Counted from the stretch's first letter, positions 9,714 through 22,904 are shown. The stretch is 64,000 nucleotides of DNA from an uncultured Eubacteriales bacterium (GCA_949299535.1 CASGAQ010000002.1:39790-103789), one strand, 5' to 3'. A program made the numbers and translations. Notes: generated by a model from the sequence alone, not told the origin.

Positions 9714-10538
9714 TCAGGCTTTATTGCCTTTTTTTATGAGCTGTTTGCGAACTATGAGAAGCGCTGTAACGACTGCTGCGACAACTGCTGTCATAATGAT
9801 GAGTTCGAGCCATTCTACATTGGCAATACCGGTTATATCAAATTCGCCTGTTTCTTCGGCCTGGAGCTGTTCAAAGATTTTGGCAACGTCGAATATTACA
9901 GCAAGGCAAGCAAGAAGTCCTGCCGCAGGATATATCCATGCAACGTTTGCGGGAGTGTTTTCTTTTATCATTCTTGTGGGAACTTCCGCACGGAAATCAA
10001 CGGCGGAGCCGACATAGAGAGCAGCTATGACGAGAACTATCGTTTCGGGTACCATGTATGTGGCGTTATATATAAAGGAGTATGAAAGTGCTGCCGCCTT
10101 GGGAATGGAAACACCTTCCCAGACCGTCGCTCCGGATATGACGTGGCAAATATAGCGCAAAACGGAAACGAGGATACAACCGAGTGCGAGAGCGGAAGCT
10201 TGATTTTTGATGACTTTGCGGAACACACCTGCAAAACCTATAACAGAGAAGGCTATGATATAATCGAGCAGGATTATGGCAATTATGCTTTGCCATGTGG
10301 TGAAATATGAAAGCGTTGAAATTCCGATGAGCTGTTGTATTACGCTGTGTACCAAGCCTGCCATAAGTCCTGTACCCACGCCGTAGCGATAAGCGATTAT
10401 TGCTATCGGAAGGGCGGAGGCGATTGTTACCGAGCCGCCGTAAGGCATATCGGCAATTTTGAGAATGCTGAGAACTGTCGAAAGTGCTATCATAATGGCG
10501 CTTTCAGTCAGAACTTTTGCTGTGTTTTTGTTTTTCAT
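9714..10538 (-). CDS. thiT: thiamine transporter ThiT (ECF S-component) with an extra C-terminal ~85 aa carrying two TM helices
   Basis: 274 aa. ThiT-like N-terminus LTESAIMIALSTVLS...MPYGGSVT. It lies directly downstream of a TPP riboswitch. Confidence 0.8.
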   Translation of the reverse strand: MKNKNTAKVLTESAIMIALSTVLSILKIADMPYGGSVTIASALPIAIIAYRYGVGTGLMAGLVHSVIQQLIGISTLSYFTTWQSIIAIILLDYIIAFSVIGFAGVFRKVIKNQASALALGCILVSVLRYICHVISGATVWEGVSIPKAAALSYSFIYNATYMVPETIVLVIAALYVGSAVDFRAEVPTRMIKENTPANVAWIYPAAGLLACLAVIFDVAKIFEQLQAEETGEFDITGIANVEWLELIIMTAVVAAVVTALLIVRKQLIKKGNKA

Positions 10539-10565
10539 TGCGCGAAAAACCTCCTGTAAATGTAA

Positions 10566-10600
10566 AATTACCGCACTAAAAATGTCGATGTGCGGTAATT
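10566..10600 (-). terminator. expression-platform hairpin of the TPP riboswitch
   Basis: On the minus strand, aattaccgcac/gtgcggtaatt followed by a T-rich tract, just upstream of the thiT RBS aggagg. Confidence 0.6.
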
Positions 10601-10627
10601 ATACAAAACAAGAATAGTTTTTATAAT

Positions 10628-10713
10628 CTTCCTACGCCGGCATTATCCGTATCAGGTTAAGGGTTTTCGGAAAATTATCCTCATCTCAGCCGATTCGATT
10701 ATCAGCACCCCCG
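10628..10713 (-). promoter_or_regulatory. TPP (THI-box) riboswitch
   Basis: The minus strand reads ggggtgctga...ggctgagatga...aacccttaacctgatacggataatgccggcgtaggaag. This matches the conserved CUGAGA and ACCUGAUCUGGAUAAUGCCAGCG cores. Confidence 0.9.
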
Positions 10714-10737
10714 ACTATTCAGTTGCGGTTATTATAT

Positions 10738-10766
10738 ATAATAATATGAAAAGAATTTTTTGTCAA
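10738..10766 (-). promoter_or_regulatory. sigma-A type promoter of the thiT-thiN operon
   Basis: Minus strand: TTGACA, 17 nt, TATTAT. Confidence 0.65.
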
Positions 10767-10917
10767 TAGTAGCTATATTATTTGTTTTAAAGGATTTTTA
10801 TGTTTCTTTTGAGCTGAAGTTTTAAAATAAAATGGTATTTTAACGCTCGTTTTTGGCAAACATAATGTTCAAGTGATGAAATTCACAAATTATTAACAAA
10901 AAAATATCTGAAAACTA

Positions 10918-10946
10918 TTGACAAAAATCCGTATTGGTGGTAAATT
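10918..10946 (+). promoter_or_regulatory. sigma-A type promoter of the hrcA operon
   Basis: TTGACA, 17 nt, TAAATT, immediately upstream of CIRCE. Confidence 0.7.
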
Positions 10947-10957
10947 CTTATTATAGA

Positions 10958-10984
10958 TTAGCACTTGAACAAAACGAGTGCTAA
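10958..10984 (+). promoter_or_regulatory. CIRCE operator (HrcA binding site)
   Basis: TTAGCACTT-N9-GAGTGCTAA, against the consensus TTAGCACTC-N9-GAGTGCTAA. Confidence 0.95.
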
Positions 10985-11004
10985 AATTAAGTGCAGGTGA
11001 TAAA

Positions 11005-12078
11005 ATGTCAGGTGAACTTGTTTATGGCGGTCCTCTCAGTGAGAGAAAAAAACGCATACTTCGTTCCATAATCGAGGCTCATATTGAAAACGGAGAACCT
11101 ATCGGCTCCAAATATCTTGTCACTTCTGCCGAGATACCTTTTTCTTCGGCGACCATAAGAAATGAAATGGCTGAGCTTGAAGAAATGGGTTACCTTGAAC
11201 AGCCTCACACTTCAGCCGGACGCGTTCCCACCAAACTCGGTTATCGCTTTTATGTGGATGCCCTTATGGAAAGCTACAAGCTGACGGCTGCGGAGATCGT
11301 AACTCTCAACAATATGCTCAAAAGCAAGATGGGTGAAATGGATACGATCATTCAAACAGCTTCCAAACTTGTTGCAAATCTTACCAACTATACTTCGGTC
11401 GCCATAAAGGCGAGCGAGAAAGAAAAGGTAAGAGCCTTTTCATATATGGTGCTCGATGAACACAAGTTTCTTTTGGTAATGAAAATGACCGGCGGCAGTG
11501 TTAAGACAAAACAGGTCGGAACCGATATCCTCGTTGACGACAATAATTTGTCGCGGCTGATTTCTCTTTTGAATCAGTTCTGCGTAAACGTCACTCCGGA
11601 TGAGATAACATATTCCGCAATCGTGAAGATGGAAAGCGTAATGGGAGATTCCGCAAGACTCGTAAATCCCGCGGTAAAAGCTTTCTATAACGCAGTATCC
11701 GCTTCATCGGATACGGACGTTAAATTCGCGGGCGTGAACAAATTGCTCGAATATCCCGAATTTTCAAGCGTGGAGCAGCTCAAACGAGTTTTTTCAATGT
11801 TGGAGAATAAAGAGGACTTCATAGATATCCTTTCCAAATCGGACAGGAACAAAGTAAACGTCTTTATAGGAGATAACGGAGAAAGTAAATTTGCTTCTAA
11901 CTCGGCTTTCATCTTCAGAACGCTTACGGTAGACGATAAGGTAGTCGGCGCGATAGGAGTATTCGGTCCGAGCCGAATGGATTATTCGAAAGTTATTTCC
12001 ACGGTGGAATATCTCACTCAGAAAATAACGGGTATAATAGAAGGAAAAACGCTGATAGAAGGCGATGATTCGCAGTAG
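11005..12078 (+). CDS. hrcA: heat-inducible transcription repressor HrcA
   Basis: LSERKKRILRSIIEAHIENGEPIGSKYL N-terminus. RBS aggtga before the ATG at 11005. Confidence 0.93.
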   Translation: MSGELVYGGPLSERKKRILRSIIEAHIENGEPIGSKYLVTSAEIPFSSATIRNEMAELEEMGYLEQPHTSAGRVPTKLGYRFYVDALMESYKLTAAEIVTLNNMLKSKMGEMDTIIQTASKLVANLTNYTSVAIKASEKEKVRAFSYMVLDEHKFLLVMKMTGGSVKTKQVGTDILVDDNNLSRLISLLNQFCVNVTPDEITYSAIVKMESVMGDSARLVNPAVKAFYNAVSASSDTDVKFAGVNKLLEYPEFSSVEQLKRVFSMLENKEDFIDILSKSDRNKVNVFIGDNGESKFASNSAFIFRTLTVDDKVVGAIGVFGPSRMDYSKVISTVEYLTQKITGIIEGKTLIEGDDSQ

Positions 12079-12121
12079 CGTCAACTCCTTTTTTCATAAA
12101 ATTTTTGAAAGGAAACGTATA

Positions 12122-12676
12122 ATGGACGAAAAAATCACAGACACTCCCGAAACGGAAGTTGAAAATGAAGGAACAGGCGCTTCCGAAAATGTAAAAGAAA
12201 CAGCCGAAAAGTCTGAAGACAGCAGCAATGCATCCGAAGAACTTGAAAAAGCAAAAGCCGAGCTTGAGGATATGAAGAGAAAATATCTTGTAATGCTCGC
12301 GGAATATGATAATTACCGTAAAAGAGCTCAGAAGGAACGCGAAAATGTTTACAGCGACGCTTACGCCGACGCGATAAAAACACTTCTTCCCGTATTTGAC
12401 AATATAGAACGCGCAAACACTTTTGTCGGTACGGACGGAATATCCGAAGGACTCAAAATGATAATCAATCAGTTCAAAGACGCTCTTTCGGGACTCGGCA
12501 TTGAAACTTTCGGAGAGGCGGGCGACAATTTCGATCCGAATCTTCACAATGCAGTCATGCAGACGGAAGATGAAAGTCTCGGTGAAAACACCATCGCCGA
12601 AGTATTTCAAAAGGGATACAAACGCGGCGATAAGATAATAAGATTTGCAATGGTAAAAGTTGCAAACTGCGTCTGA
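12122..12676 (+). CDS. grpE: nucleotide exchange factor GrpE
   Basis: Acidic N-terminus, then LRMLAEYDNYRKR-like and FDPNLHNAV motifs. The ATG at 12122 is preferred over the ORF-track start at 12065. Confidence 0.93.
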   Translation: MDEKITDTPETEVENEGTGASENVKETAEKSEDSSNASEELEKAKAELEDMKRKYLVMLAEYDNYRKRAQKERENVYSDAYADAIKTLLPVFDNIERANTFVGTDGISEGLKMIINQFKDALSGLGIETFGEAGDNFDPNLHNAVMQTEDESLGENTIAEVFQKGYKRGDKIIRFAMVKVANCV

Positions 12677-12790
12677 AACTTTATATCAAATAAATATTGA
12701 TTCAAAGTTTCGGAATCGATCGGATAGTTTTATCATAAACATATAAAATATTTATTTTTAAGATATTATTCATTACGGAGGATATATATT

Positions 12791-14605
12791 ATGGGAAAAA
12801 TTATTGGTATAGATCTTGGTACAACAAACTCTTGCGTAGCCGTTTATGAAGGCGGCGAACCTACTGTCATAACAAATCCTGAAGGAGCAAGAACAACTCC
12901 TTCCGTAGTAGCTTTCAACAAAGCGGGCGAAAGACTTGTAGGTCAGGTCGCAAAAAGACAGAGTATCACAAACCCCACAAGAACCATTATGAGTATAAAA
13001 CGTCATATGGGTACGGATTACAAAGTAGATATCGACGGCAAAAAGTATACGCCTCAGGAAATATCCGCGATGATCCTTCAGAAACTCAAAGCGGACGCTG
13101 AAGCATATCTCGGAACAAGCGTAACACAGGCAGTTATCACTGTTCCCGCATATTTCTCTGACTCTCAGCGCCAGGCAACGAAAGATGCAGGAAAGATCGC
13201 CGGACTTGAAGTTTTGCGTATTATAAACGAGCCTACTGCTGCAGCTCTTGCTTACGGCGTAGATAAGGAAACAACGGAACAGAAGATAATGATATTTGAC
13301 CTCGGCGGCGGTACGTTCGATGTTTCCATTCTCGAAATTTCCGACGGCGTGTTCGAAGTTCTTGCAACCAACGGTAATACTATGCTCGGCGGCGATGACT
13401 TTGACAACAGGATCATAGACTGGATCGCAGACAAATTCCAGAGAGAAGAGGGTATTGATCTTCGCAAAGATAAATCCGCGCTTCAGAGACTTAAAGAAGC
13501 TGCTGAAAAGGCTAAAATCGAGCTTTCCGGTATGACGAGCGCTAATATCAACCTTCCTTTCATCACAGCGGACGCAACAGGTCCCAAACACTTCGACGCA
13601 ACTCTCACACGCGCCGAGTTTGATAAGATCACGGCTGACCTCGTTGAAGCTACTATCGAACCTTGCAAGAAAGCTCTTGCAGACGCTGGTCTTTCCGTTT
13701 CTCAGATAGACAAAGTCCTTCTTGTCGGCGGTTCTACGAGAATACCAGCTGTTCAGGAAACTGTTAAGAAATTCACAGGCAAAGATCCCTTTAAGGGAAT
13801 CAATCCCGACGAATGTGTCGCTATCGGCGCGGCTATCCAGGGCGGCGTACTCGGCGGTGAAGTTAAAGACCTTCTTTTGCTTGATGTTACACCTCTTTCT
13901 CTCGGTATCGAGACGCTCGGCGGTATCTGCACGAAGATCATTGAAAGAAATACAACTATTCCTGTAAAGAAATCTCAGGTATTCTCTACGGCGGCAGATA
14001 ATCAGACATCTGTTGACATTCATGTGCTTCAGGGCGAACGTGAACTCGCAAGCGCCAATACAACACTTGGCAGATTCTCTCTTGATGGTATCCCCGCAGC
14101 ACGCAAAGGCGTTCCTCAGATCGAAGTAACTTTCGATATCGACGCGAACGGTATCGTAAACGTTACGGCAAAAGATCTCGGAACGGGCAAGGAACAGCAC
14201 GTTACCATCACATCTTCCACGAATATGAGCAAGGAAGATATCGACCGCGCAGTTAAAGAAGCAGAAAAATTTGCTGACGAAGACAGAAAAGTAAAAGAAG
14301 CTGTCGATACGAAGAACGAAGCTGAATCTCTCCTTTATCAGAGTGAAAAAACGCTTGAGGAAGCAGGCGATAAAATAAGCGCTGAGGATAAGGCAGCAGC
14401 TCAGGCTGAAGCTGATAAACTCCGCGAAGCTATCAACACGAACGACACGGAAAAGATCAAAGCAGCTGTTGAATCTTTCAAGAAAGCTTACTATGCAATA
14501 GCTGAAAAACTTTATCAGGCAAATGCAGCAAACGGCGGCGCACAAGGTGCAGGAACACAGAATGAAGACGGCAGTTTCAATGCTGATTTCACGGAAAAAC
14601 AGTAA
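12791..14605 (+). CDS. dnaK: molecular chaperone DnaK (Hsp70)
   Basis: [17 protein letters not shown] and [11 protein letters not shown] motifs. 604 aa. Confidence 0.99.
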   Translation: MGKIIGIDLGTTNSCVAVYEGGEPTVITNPEGARTTPSVVAFNKAGERLVGQVAKRQSITNPTRTIMSIKRHMGTDYKVDIDGKKYTPQEISAMILQKLKADAEAYLGTSVTQAVITVPAYFSDSQRQATKDAGKIAGLEVLRIINEPTAAALAYGVDKETTEQKIMIFDLGGGTFDVSILEISDGVFEVLATNGNTMLGGDDFDNRIIDWIADKFQREEGIDLRKDKSALQRLKEAAEKAKIELSGMTSANINLPFITADATGPKHFDATLTRAEFDKITADLVEATIEPCKKALADAGLSVSQIDKVLLVGGSTRIPAVQETVKKFTGKDPFKGINPDECVAIGAAIQGGVLGGEVKDLLLLDVTPLSLGIETLGGICTKIIERNTTIPVKKSQVFSTAADNQTSVDIHVLQGERELASANTTLGRFSLDGIPAARKGVPQIEVTFDIDANGIVNVTAKDLGTGKEQHVTITSSTNMSKEDIDRAVKEAEKFADEDRKVKEAVDTKNEAESLLYQSEKTLEEAGDKISAEDKAAAQAEADKLREAINTNDTEKIKAAVESFKKAYYAIAEKLYQANAANGGAQGAGTQNEDGSFNADFTEKQ

Positions 14606-14624
14606 TTTTTAATATAAAAATAGG

Positions 14625-14649
14625 GGGCGGACAGATAAGTCCGCCCTTT
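14625..14649 (+). terminator. hairpin between dnaK and dnaJ (partial terminator/attenuator)
   Basis: gggcggac/gtccgccc stem with a 6-nt loop, followed by ttt. Confidence 0.5.
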
Positions 14650-14651
14650 GA

Positions 14652-16762
<2,111 letters not shown>

Positions 16763-16889
16763 AGTCTTTGACAAATTGTTATTGATGTTGTATACTATAA
16801 TAAGCATTTGAAAGCGGGAGATATATTTTATATATTATCCCGCTAATCTTTGTAGATGACCATTTATTTAAACAGTTTTGAGGGGATAT

Positions 16890-17657
16890 ATGGCGGAAAA
16901 GAAAAATAAGACAAACATCTCTGACGTCGGCGACAAGTCAAGAAAAGACGATATCTCTATTTATCGCATTCTGATACTGCTTTTGATCGGAATGATAGGA
17001 TTTCCCGCTATCGGTGCATTGGATAATATTTTTGAAACAACTTTACTGTATCTCTGTGCGGCAGGAGGCATTTTGATCGCATCTGTCGCGGTTATATATA
17101 TATATTCAAGAATATTTGCCGAAAAAAATGCGGGCGCAAAACTTTTGATATCGTTCGGTATTTCATTCGGTATGGCGACGGCAGGTCTTTTTCTGGTTCT
17201 GTATCCGTTTTTTGACGGTGCTTCAGGCAAATTTCAAGCAGCCTTTATAATGATAATTTTGCTTGGATGTATATATAATTTGTATACGCGAGGATTTTTC
17301 GGAATAAGTCTGGCGATATTCTTGTGTATATTTTTACTCTATTTTATAAATATCGTTCCCGTTACGGCTTTGGAGTTTATATTGCAGCGCTTTTCCCGTA
17401 TAGCGGTTTTCCCTTTGACGGTTTGCGGCATGATTTTTGCCGCATTTAAAATATTCGGCGTGAAGATACCGCAAAAGATAGAGAGATTTTTGCCTGAAAG
17501 CAGATTTTATGCCGTACTTTCGCTCCTTGTTTGGAGTTCGAATATTGTCGCGGCGGCGTGTTTGATGGCATTTCCTGCGGTTTATGCTTTTATTTTGGCT
17601 TATTTTATCGTACTTTTTATTGTGCTTGGTATAATCTGCACGATAAAATTATTGTGA
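16890..17657 (+). CDS. polytopic membrane protein, unknown function
   Basis: About 255 aa, 7-8 hydrophobic segments. RBS gagggg before the ATG at 16890. A TTGACA-17-TATACT promoter lies at 16768-16796. Confidence 0.6.
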   Translation: MAEKKNKTNISDVGDKSRKDDISIYRILILLLIGMIGFPAIGALDNIFETTLLYLCAAGGILIASVAVIYIYSRIFAEKNAGAKLLISFGISFGMATAGLFLVLYPFFDGASGKFQAAFIMIILLGCIYNLYTRGFFGISLAIFLCIFLLYFINIVPVTALEFILQRFSRIAVFPLTVCGMIFAAFKIFGVKIPQKIERFLPESRFYAVLSLLVWSSNIVAAACLMAFPAVYAFILAYFIVLFIVLGIICTIKLL

Positions 17658-17772
17658 TTTTAGATATTTTTACGAAGAAACTATTGAAATATCACAAAAT
17701 TTGAGTTAAAATATATTATAGATATATTAAAAAAGCTATTACTTCGTAAAAACGAAAGGGGCAATAAAATAA

Positions 17773-18861
17773 ATGTCAGGAAGATTGTTTCAGGGTGTCA
17801 TACACCAAATGAAAGATGCCGTTGGTCGTACCATCGGTGTTATTGATGAAAACGGAGTCGTTATTGCTTGCAGCGACCTTATGAAGATAGGCGAAACGCG
17901 CCAGGCTGCCAAAGAAGAACTTATATACTCCTCCGAATCCGTTGTTTATTCCGGCTATACATACCGGTCAATGGCGACAGATACTCATCCGGAATATATC
18001 GTGTTTGTGGAAGGTGAAGATGTCATGGCGGATAAGTTTGCCGCTGTTCTTGCGATATCTTTCAACAATATAAAGAGTTTTCACGATGATAAGTATGACA
18101 AAACCTCTTTTATAAAAAATATCCTTTTGGATAATATCCTTCCAAGCGATATATACGTTAAAAGCAAAGAACTGCATTTTGCTACCGATGTTACTCGCGT
18201 AGTTTTCTTGCTTAAATTCAGCAACGTAGGTGAAAATTCTCCTTATGATATCATGCTCAATATGTTCCCGAACACAAATCAGGATTATGTTATAAGCATG
18301 GGCGAGAATGACGTAGTGCTTGTTCGTGAGCTCAAATCTTCAACTGTAGAGCTTCACGAAACAGAGAAGATCGCCAAGACTATTGCAGATACCATCGCGT
18401 CTGATTTCTTTATAAAAGCGTCTATAGGCATAGGCACGCCCGTAACGAATATAAAAGATGTTTCGCGCTCTTACAGAGAGGCTCAGGCGGCTCTTGAAGT
18501 AGGCAGAGTATTCGATACCGATAAGAATATAATCAGCTATGAAAACCTCGGTATAGGAAGACTCATTTATCAGCTCCCCACAACTCTTTGCGAAATGTTT
18601 CTCAACGAAGTTTTTCAAAAAGGTTCGCTTGACACGCTCGACAGAGAAACTTTGCTGACAATACAGTGCTTTTTTGAGAACAATCTCAATGTTTCGGAAA
18701 CTTCGAGAAAGATGTTCGTTCATAGAAATACTCTCGTATACAGACTTGATAAGATCAAAAAACTCACGGGACTTGATCTGCGCGAGTTCGAAAACGCCAT
18801 AACGTTTAAAGTGGCGCTCATGGTAAAAAGTTATCTCTCATATAAACAGAACAGATATTGA
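17773..18861 (+). CDS. PucR/CdaR-family transcriptional regulator
   Basis: The C-terminal HTH NVSETSRKMFVHRNTLVYRLDKIKKLTGLDL is typical of PucR C-terminal domains. Confidence 0.8.
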   Translation: MSGRLFQGVIHQMKDAVGRTIGVIDENGVVIACSDLMKIGETRQAAKEELIYSSESVVYSGYTYRSMATDTHPEYIVFVEGEDVMADKFAAVLAISFNNIKSFHDDKYDKTSFIKNILLDNILPSDIYVKSKELHFATDVTRVVFLLKFSNVGENSPYDIMLNMFPNTNQDYVISMGENDVVLVRELKSSTVELHETEKIAKTIADTIASDFFIKASIGIGTPVTNIKDVSRSYREAQAALEVGRVFDTDKNIISYENLGIGRLIYQLPTTLCEMFLNEVFQKGSLDTLDRETLLTIQCFFENNLNVSETSRKMFVHRNTLVYRLDKIKKLTGLDLREFENAITFKVALMVKSYLSYKQNRY

Positions 18862-19000
18862 TTTTTTCGGATATTCAAAATAAATCAGGCGATCCCGCTG
18901 TAAAATATAAAGACTACGGCAGGCTCGCTTTTGCGTATAACCGTATGAATGAGCAGTTCATTTATTCGGTTCATCTTGTTTTAATTTTTTTGAGGTTTTT

Positions 19001-20272
19001 ATGGGTTTTAATAACGATATTAAGAGCGGAACCAAAAATGAAGAAAACAGCTCCGCTTCTGCAAATAGCAAAAAAAAGATAACAGAGCTTAAAATTTCTT
19101 TGCTTTGGACGATATTTATTGTTATCCTGGCTGTGCTTGTAACTTTTCAGACAACTTTTGTTGTTCTTACGGGAAAGCACAAGCTGGAGCTTAACAAGGC
19201 AAAAGAAACTGTTTCAAAATTTTCTCTTTTGCTGGAAGCTTATGAGTTGTTTGAAGATAATTATGTTTACGACATAGATGATGAAAATCTTTTAAATTAT
19301 ATGCTGTATGCTTTTTCTGCGGAAGATAAGTATTCTTCTTATATGACTCCCGAAGAATTTAAAAACATGCAGCTTGAAAGCGCGGGAAATGCAAGCGGTA
19401 TAGGTCTATATGTCGCTTATGCGGAAGATTGCATAAGAGTTGCTCATGTTATGGCAGATTCTCCCGCCGACAGAGCAGGAATGATGTCCGGAGACCAAAT
19501 CGTTGCAGTGGACGGCAATGAGGTTTCCGAAGTAGGATATGACAAAGCCGTAAATCTTGTTGCCGGCGAAGAGGGAACTGACGTAAGACTTACCGTTGTG
19601 CGCGGAGAGAATACTCTCGAATTTGCCGTAACGCGCGGCGATTATACGCCTGAAACAGTCATCTTTAATACGATAGAGGAAAACGGATATAAGATAGGCT
19701 ATATAAAAATATTGCAGTTTGATCAGATAACGGTTTCTCAGTTTAAAACGGCGGTTGAAGCGTTGCGCGCCGACGGCTGTGAAAAACTTTTATTCGATCT
19801 GCGCGATAACCTCGGCGGCGAGCTTAACGCTATTGTTGAGATACTCGATTATCTGCTTCCTCAAGGTCCGATCGTAAGGATACTTGATTCTGATAAAAAA
19901 GAGATACAGGTTTATGAATCCGATAAACATGAACTTGATATGCAAATGGCGGTGCTTGCAAACGGAAACACGGCTTCTGCTGCGGAACTTTTCACATCGG
20001 CTTTGCGCGATTATGAAAAAGCCGAGATAATAGGCGAAAAAACATACGGCAAAGGCTGCGGACAAACGTATGAAAGACTGTCAAACGGCGGATATATATC
20101 GATAACATCATTTTTCTATAATCCGCCTTTCGGTGAAAATTATGACGGTGTGGGGATCTATCCCGACATAGAGGTAGAACTTCCCGAAGAATACAAGAAT
20201 GAAAATCTTTTCTTTGTTCCTTATGAAAGCGATACTCAGTTAAAAACTGCGGTCGCTTATCTGACTAAATAA
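19001..20272 (+). CDS. ctpA: S41 family C-terminal processing peptidase with PDZ domain and N-terminal membrane anchor
   Basis: PDZ region (SPADRAGMMSGDQIVAVDG). Catalytic Ser context NGNTASAAE and Lys context GEKTYGKG. Confidence 0.88.
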   Translation: MGFNNDIKSGTKNEENSSASANSKKKITELKISLLWTIFIVILAVLVTFQTTFVVLTGKHKLELNKAKETVSKFSLLLEAYELFEDNYVYDIDDENLLNYMLYAFSAEDKYSSYMTPEEFKNMQLESAGNASGIGLYVAYAEDCIRVAHVMADSPADRAGMMSGDQIVAVDGNEVSEVGYDKAVNLVAGEEGTDVRLTVVRGENTLEFAVTRGDYTPETVIFNTIEENGYKIGYIKILQFDQITVSQFKTAVEALRADGCEKLLFDLRDNLGGELNAIVEILDYLLPQGPIVRILDSDKKEIQVYESDKHELDMQMAVLANGNTASAAELFTSALRDYEKAEIIGEKTYGKGCGQTYERLSNGGYISITSFFYNPPFGENYDGVGIYPDIEVELPEEYKNENLFFVPYESDTQLKTAVAYLTK

Positions 20273-20304
20273 AAAATATATAATCCAAGGAGAATTCTAT
20301 AATT

Positions 20305-20793
20305 ATGGCAAAACAAATGACATCTGTTACAGAAGCAGGATTTCATAAACTGAAAGAAGAACTTGAGTTTTTAAAGAATGTAAAGCGCCGTGAGGCGGCA
20401 GAAGCGGTCGGCGTGGCTCGTTCTTACGGAGACCTTTCCGAAAACAGCGAATATGATGAGGCTAAAAATGAACAGGCAAAAGTAGAAGCTCAGATAGCTG
20501 AACTTGAAGAAACTCTTGCTCACATAAAGATAGTAAACGATGAAGAGATAAACACGAGCATTGCAAATATCGGTCTTACCGTAAAAGTGCTTTACATCGA
20601 CGATGAAGATGAAGTTGAGTATCATCTTGTCGGTTCCAGAGAAGTAAACGTGCTTGAAAACAAAATTTCGGACCAGTCTCCGATAGGCAAAGCTATAATG
20701 GGAACTAAAGCCGGCGACATAATAACCGTTGAAATTCCTTCCGGTTCTATCAAAATCAAGATTCTTGAAGTAAGAAAAACAGAACAAAACTAA
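20305..20793 (+). CDS. greA: transcription elongation factor GreA (canonical copy)
   Basis: 162 aa. Coiled-coil tip [13 protein letters not shown] and C-terminal [12 protein letters not shown]. Conserved greA-lysS arrangement. Confidence 0.95.
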   Translation: MAKQMTSVTEAGFHKLKEELEFLKNVKRREAAEAVGVARSYGDLSENSEYDEAKNEQAKVEAQIAELEETLAHIKIVNDEEINTSIANIGLTVKVLYIDDEDEVEYHLVGSREVNVLENKISDQSPIGKAIMGTKAGDIITVEIPSGSIKIKILEVRKTEQN

Positions 20794-20815
20794 GACAAAA
20801 ATCAGGAGAATACAA

Positions 20816-22768
20816 ATGACAGAAGCAATAAACAACATAAACGAAGAATTGAACGAAGAAAAGCTCAGCGAGATATTGCAGATACGCCGCAATAAACTTT
20901 CCGCGCTCAAAGAGAACGGCAAGGACCCTTTTGAAATAGTAAAATACGATGTAACATCAGATTCAAAAGCCATATTCGAAAACTTCGAACAAATGGAAGG
21001 CAAAGAGGTATACGTCGCGGGAAGAATGATGAGCCGCAGAATCATGGGAAAAGCTTCTTTTGCTCATATCGCAGATTCCACAGGCAAGATACAGGTTTAT
21101 GTAAAGCGCGACGATGTCGGCGAAGGAGATTACGCTGATTTCAAAAAATGGGATATCGGCGATATCATAGGTCTTTCAGGCGTTGTTTTCAAAACTCAGA
21201 CAGGAGAGATTTCAATACACGCACATTCTGTGACGCTTCTTGCAAAATCTCTTCTTCCCCTGCCCGAGAAATTCCACGGACTTAAGGATACGGATCTTCG
21301 TTATCGTCAGCGCTATGTTGATCTTATTGTAAATCCCGATGTTCGTGATACATTTGTAAAACGCTCCCGGATTTTGAAAGAGATCCGTGCATACCTCGAC
21401 GGCAAGGGCTTCCTTGAAGTTGACACCCCTATCCTTCTTCCGATAGAGATCGGCGCTTCGGCACGCTCTTTTAAAACTCATCATAACACGCTCGATATCG
21501 ATATGTATCTCCGCATAGAAACAGAGCTTTACCTCAAACGCCTTATCGTCGGCGGAATGAACAAGGTTTACGAGGTAGGACGTATTTTCAGAAATGAAGG
21601 TATGGATACAAAGCACAATCCCGAATTTACAACGGTAGAGCTTTATCAGGCATTTACCGACTATCACGGCATGATGGACCTTGTAGAGGAACTTTACAAG
21701 AGACTTGCGCTTAATGTATGCGGTTCTTTGAACATCACATATCAAGGCAAAGAGATCGATATGAGTCACTGGGAAAGACTCACTATGATCGAAGCAGTGA
21801 AGAAATACGCAGGCTGCGACTACAATGATTGGGCGACAGATGAAGACGCTCGTGCTTGTGCAAAATCCATGCATGTGGAAGTTCCCGAAAATGCAACCAA
21901 AGGTACCGTTCTTATTGAATTATTTGACGCTTTCGTAGAGGAAAAACTTATTCAGCCTACATTTATCTATGACTATCCCGTTGAAAACAGTCCTCTTGCA
22001 AAACGCAAACCCTCCGATCCCGCATTTACGGAGAGATTTGAATACTTCATTAACGCTACGGAATTTGGCAATGCGTTCAGCGAGCTTAACGATCCCATAG
22101 ATCAGAAAGAACGCTTTGAAAAGCAGGTTGCCGCTAAAAAAGCCGAAGACCCTAACAGCAAGGCTGAGGTTGACTACGACTATATCACGGCGCTTGAATA
22201 CGGTATGCCTCCCACAGGCGGACTTGGATTCGGTGTCGATCGTCTTGTAATGTTGCTTACAGACTCTCCTTCCATAAGAGATGTGCTGTTATTCCCGACA
22301 ATGAAACCCTTAGATGGTGTAAAGAAAGAAATTGGTGTAAATTCTGAAGCTGCAAAAGCTCCTGATACACCAAAAGCAGAACCGGAGAAAATTGATTTTT
22401 CCAATGTGAAAATCGAGCCGCTGTTTGAGGAGTTTGTAGATTTTGAAACATTCTCAAAATCTGATTTCAGAGCTGTAAAGGTAAAAGAATGTGAAGCTGT
22501 GCCAAAGAGCAAAAAGCTCCTTAAATTCGTTTTAGATGACGGTACAGGCACAGACAGAGTGATTTTAAGCGGTATTCACGAGTATTACGAGCCGGAAGAA
22601 CTGGTCGGAAAGACCTGTATCGCTATTACAAATCTGCCGCCTCGTCCAATGACGGGCATTGACTCCTGTGGTATGCTGATTTCGGCAGTACACGAAGAAA
22701 ACGGCAGAGAAGGTCTTAACCTTTTGATGGTTGATGACCGCATTCCGGCAGGTGCAAAACTCTATTAA
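20816..22768 (+). CDS. lysS: lysine--tRNA ligase (class II) with a C-terminal Trbp111/MetRS-C-like tRNA-binding domain
   Basis: Class II motifs ([19 protein letters not shown]). The canonical end ...LLFPTMKP is at ~22309. The ORF then continues ~150 codons into an OB-fold-like domain, [29 protein letters not shown]...GMLISA. Confidence 0.93.
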   Translation: MTEAINNINEELNEEKLSEILQIRRNKLSALKENGKDPFEIVKYDVTSDSKAIFENFEQMEGKEVYVAGRMMSRRIMGKASFAHIADSTGKIQVYVKRDDVGEGDYADFKKWDIGDIIGLSGVVFKTQTGEISIHAHSVTLLAKSLLPLPEKFHGLKDTDLRYRQRYVDLIVNPDVRDTFVKRSRILKEIRAYLDGKGFLEVDTPILLPIEIGASARSFKTHHNTLDIDMYLRIETELYLKRLIVGGMNKVYEVGRIFRNEGMDTKHNPEFTTVELYQAFTDYHGMMDLVEELYKRLALNVCGSLNITYQGKEIDMSHWERLTMIEAVKKYAGCDYNDWATDEDARACAKSMHVEVPENATKGTVLIELFDAFVEEKLIQPTFIYDYPVENSPLAKRKPSDPAFTERFEYFINATEFGNAFSELNDPIDQKERFEKQVAAKKAEDPNSKAEVDYDYITALEYGMPPTGGLGFGVDRLVMLLTDSPSIRDVLLFPTMKPLDGVKKEIGVNSEAAKAPDTPKAEPEKIDFSNVKIEPLFEEFVDFETFSKSDFRAVKVKECEAVPKSKKLLKFVLDDGTGTDRVILSGIHEYYEPEELVGKTCIAITNLPPRPMTGIDSCGMLISAVHEENGREGLNLLMVDDRIPAGAKLY

Positions 22769-22904
22769 GATGTATCGTTTTGCCTGTGAAAACGGGATGT
22801 ACTTCATTTTCTGAAAAGCTCAGATTTTACACAAATACACCAATTTTACACCAATCGATGTCAAAATCGGTGCAGAGGTAAAAAAATCGCATAATTAACG
22901 GAAT

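Noticed and set aside
12773-14545. 590-aa ORF antisense to dnaK
   Set aside because: It is entirely nested opposite a strongly supported dnaK CDS. Its translation is Cys/Phe/Arg-rich low-complexity sequence with no motifs. Long stop-free antisense frames are a known by-product of Hsp70 codon composition.
16813-16846. Hairpin agcggga...tcccgct in the leader of the 16890 membrane-protein gene as a possible riboswitch or terminator
   Set aside because: It is a short AT-rich stem-loop without a U-tract or any recognisable conserved riboswitch core. There is not enough evidence to call a regulatory RNA.
18858-19082. 74-aa ORF bridging the CdaR-like gene and ctpA
   Set aside because: It overlaps the ctpA start region in another frame and has no RBS and no conserved features.
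20371-21045. 224-aa minus-strand ORF spanning the greA 3' end and lysS 5' end
   Set aside because: It overlaps two well-supported plus-strand genes and their junction. The translation is low complexity with no RBS.
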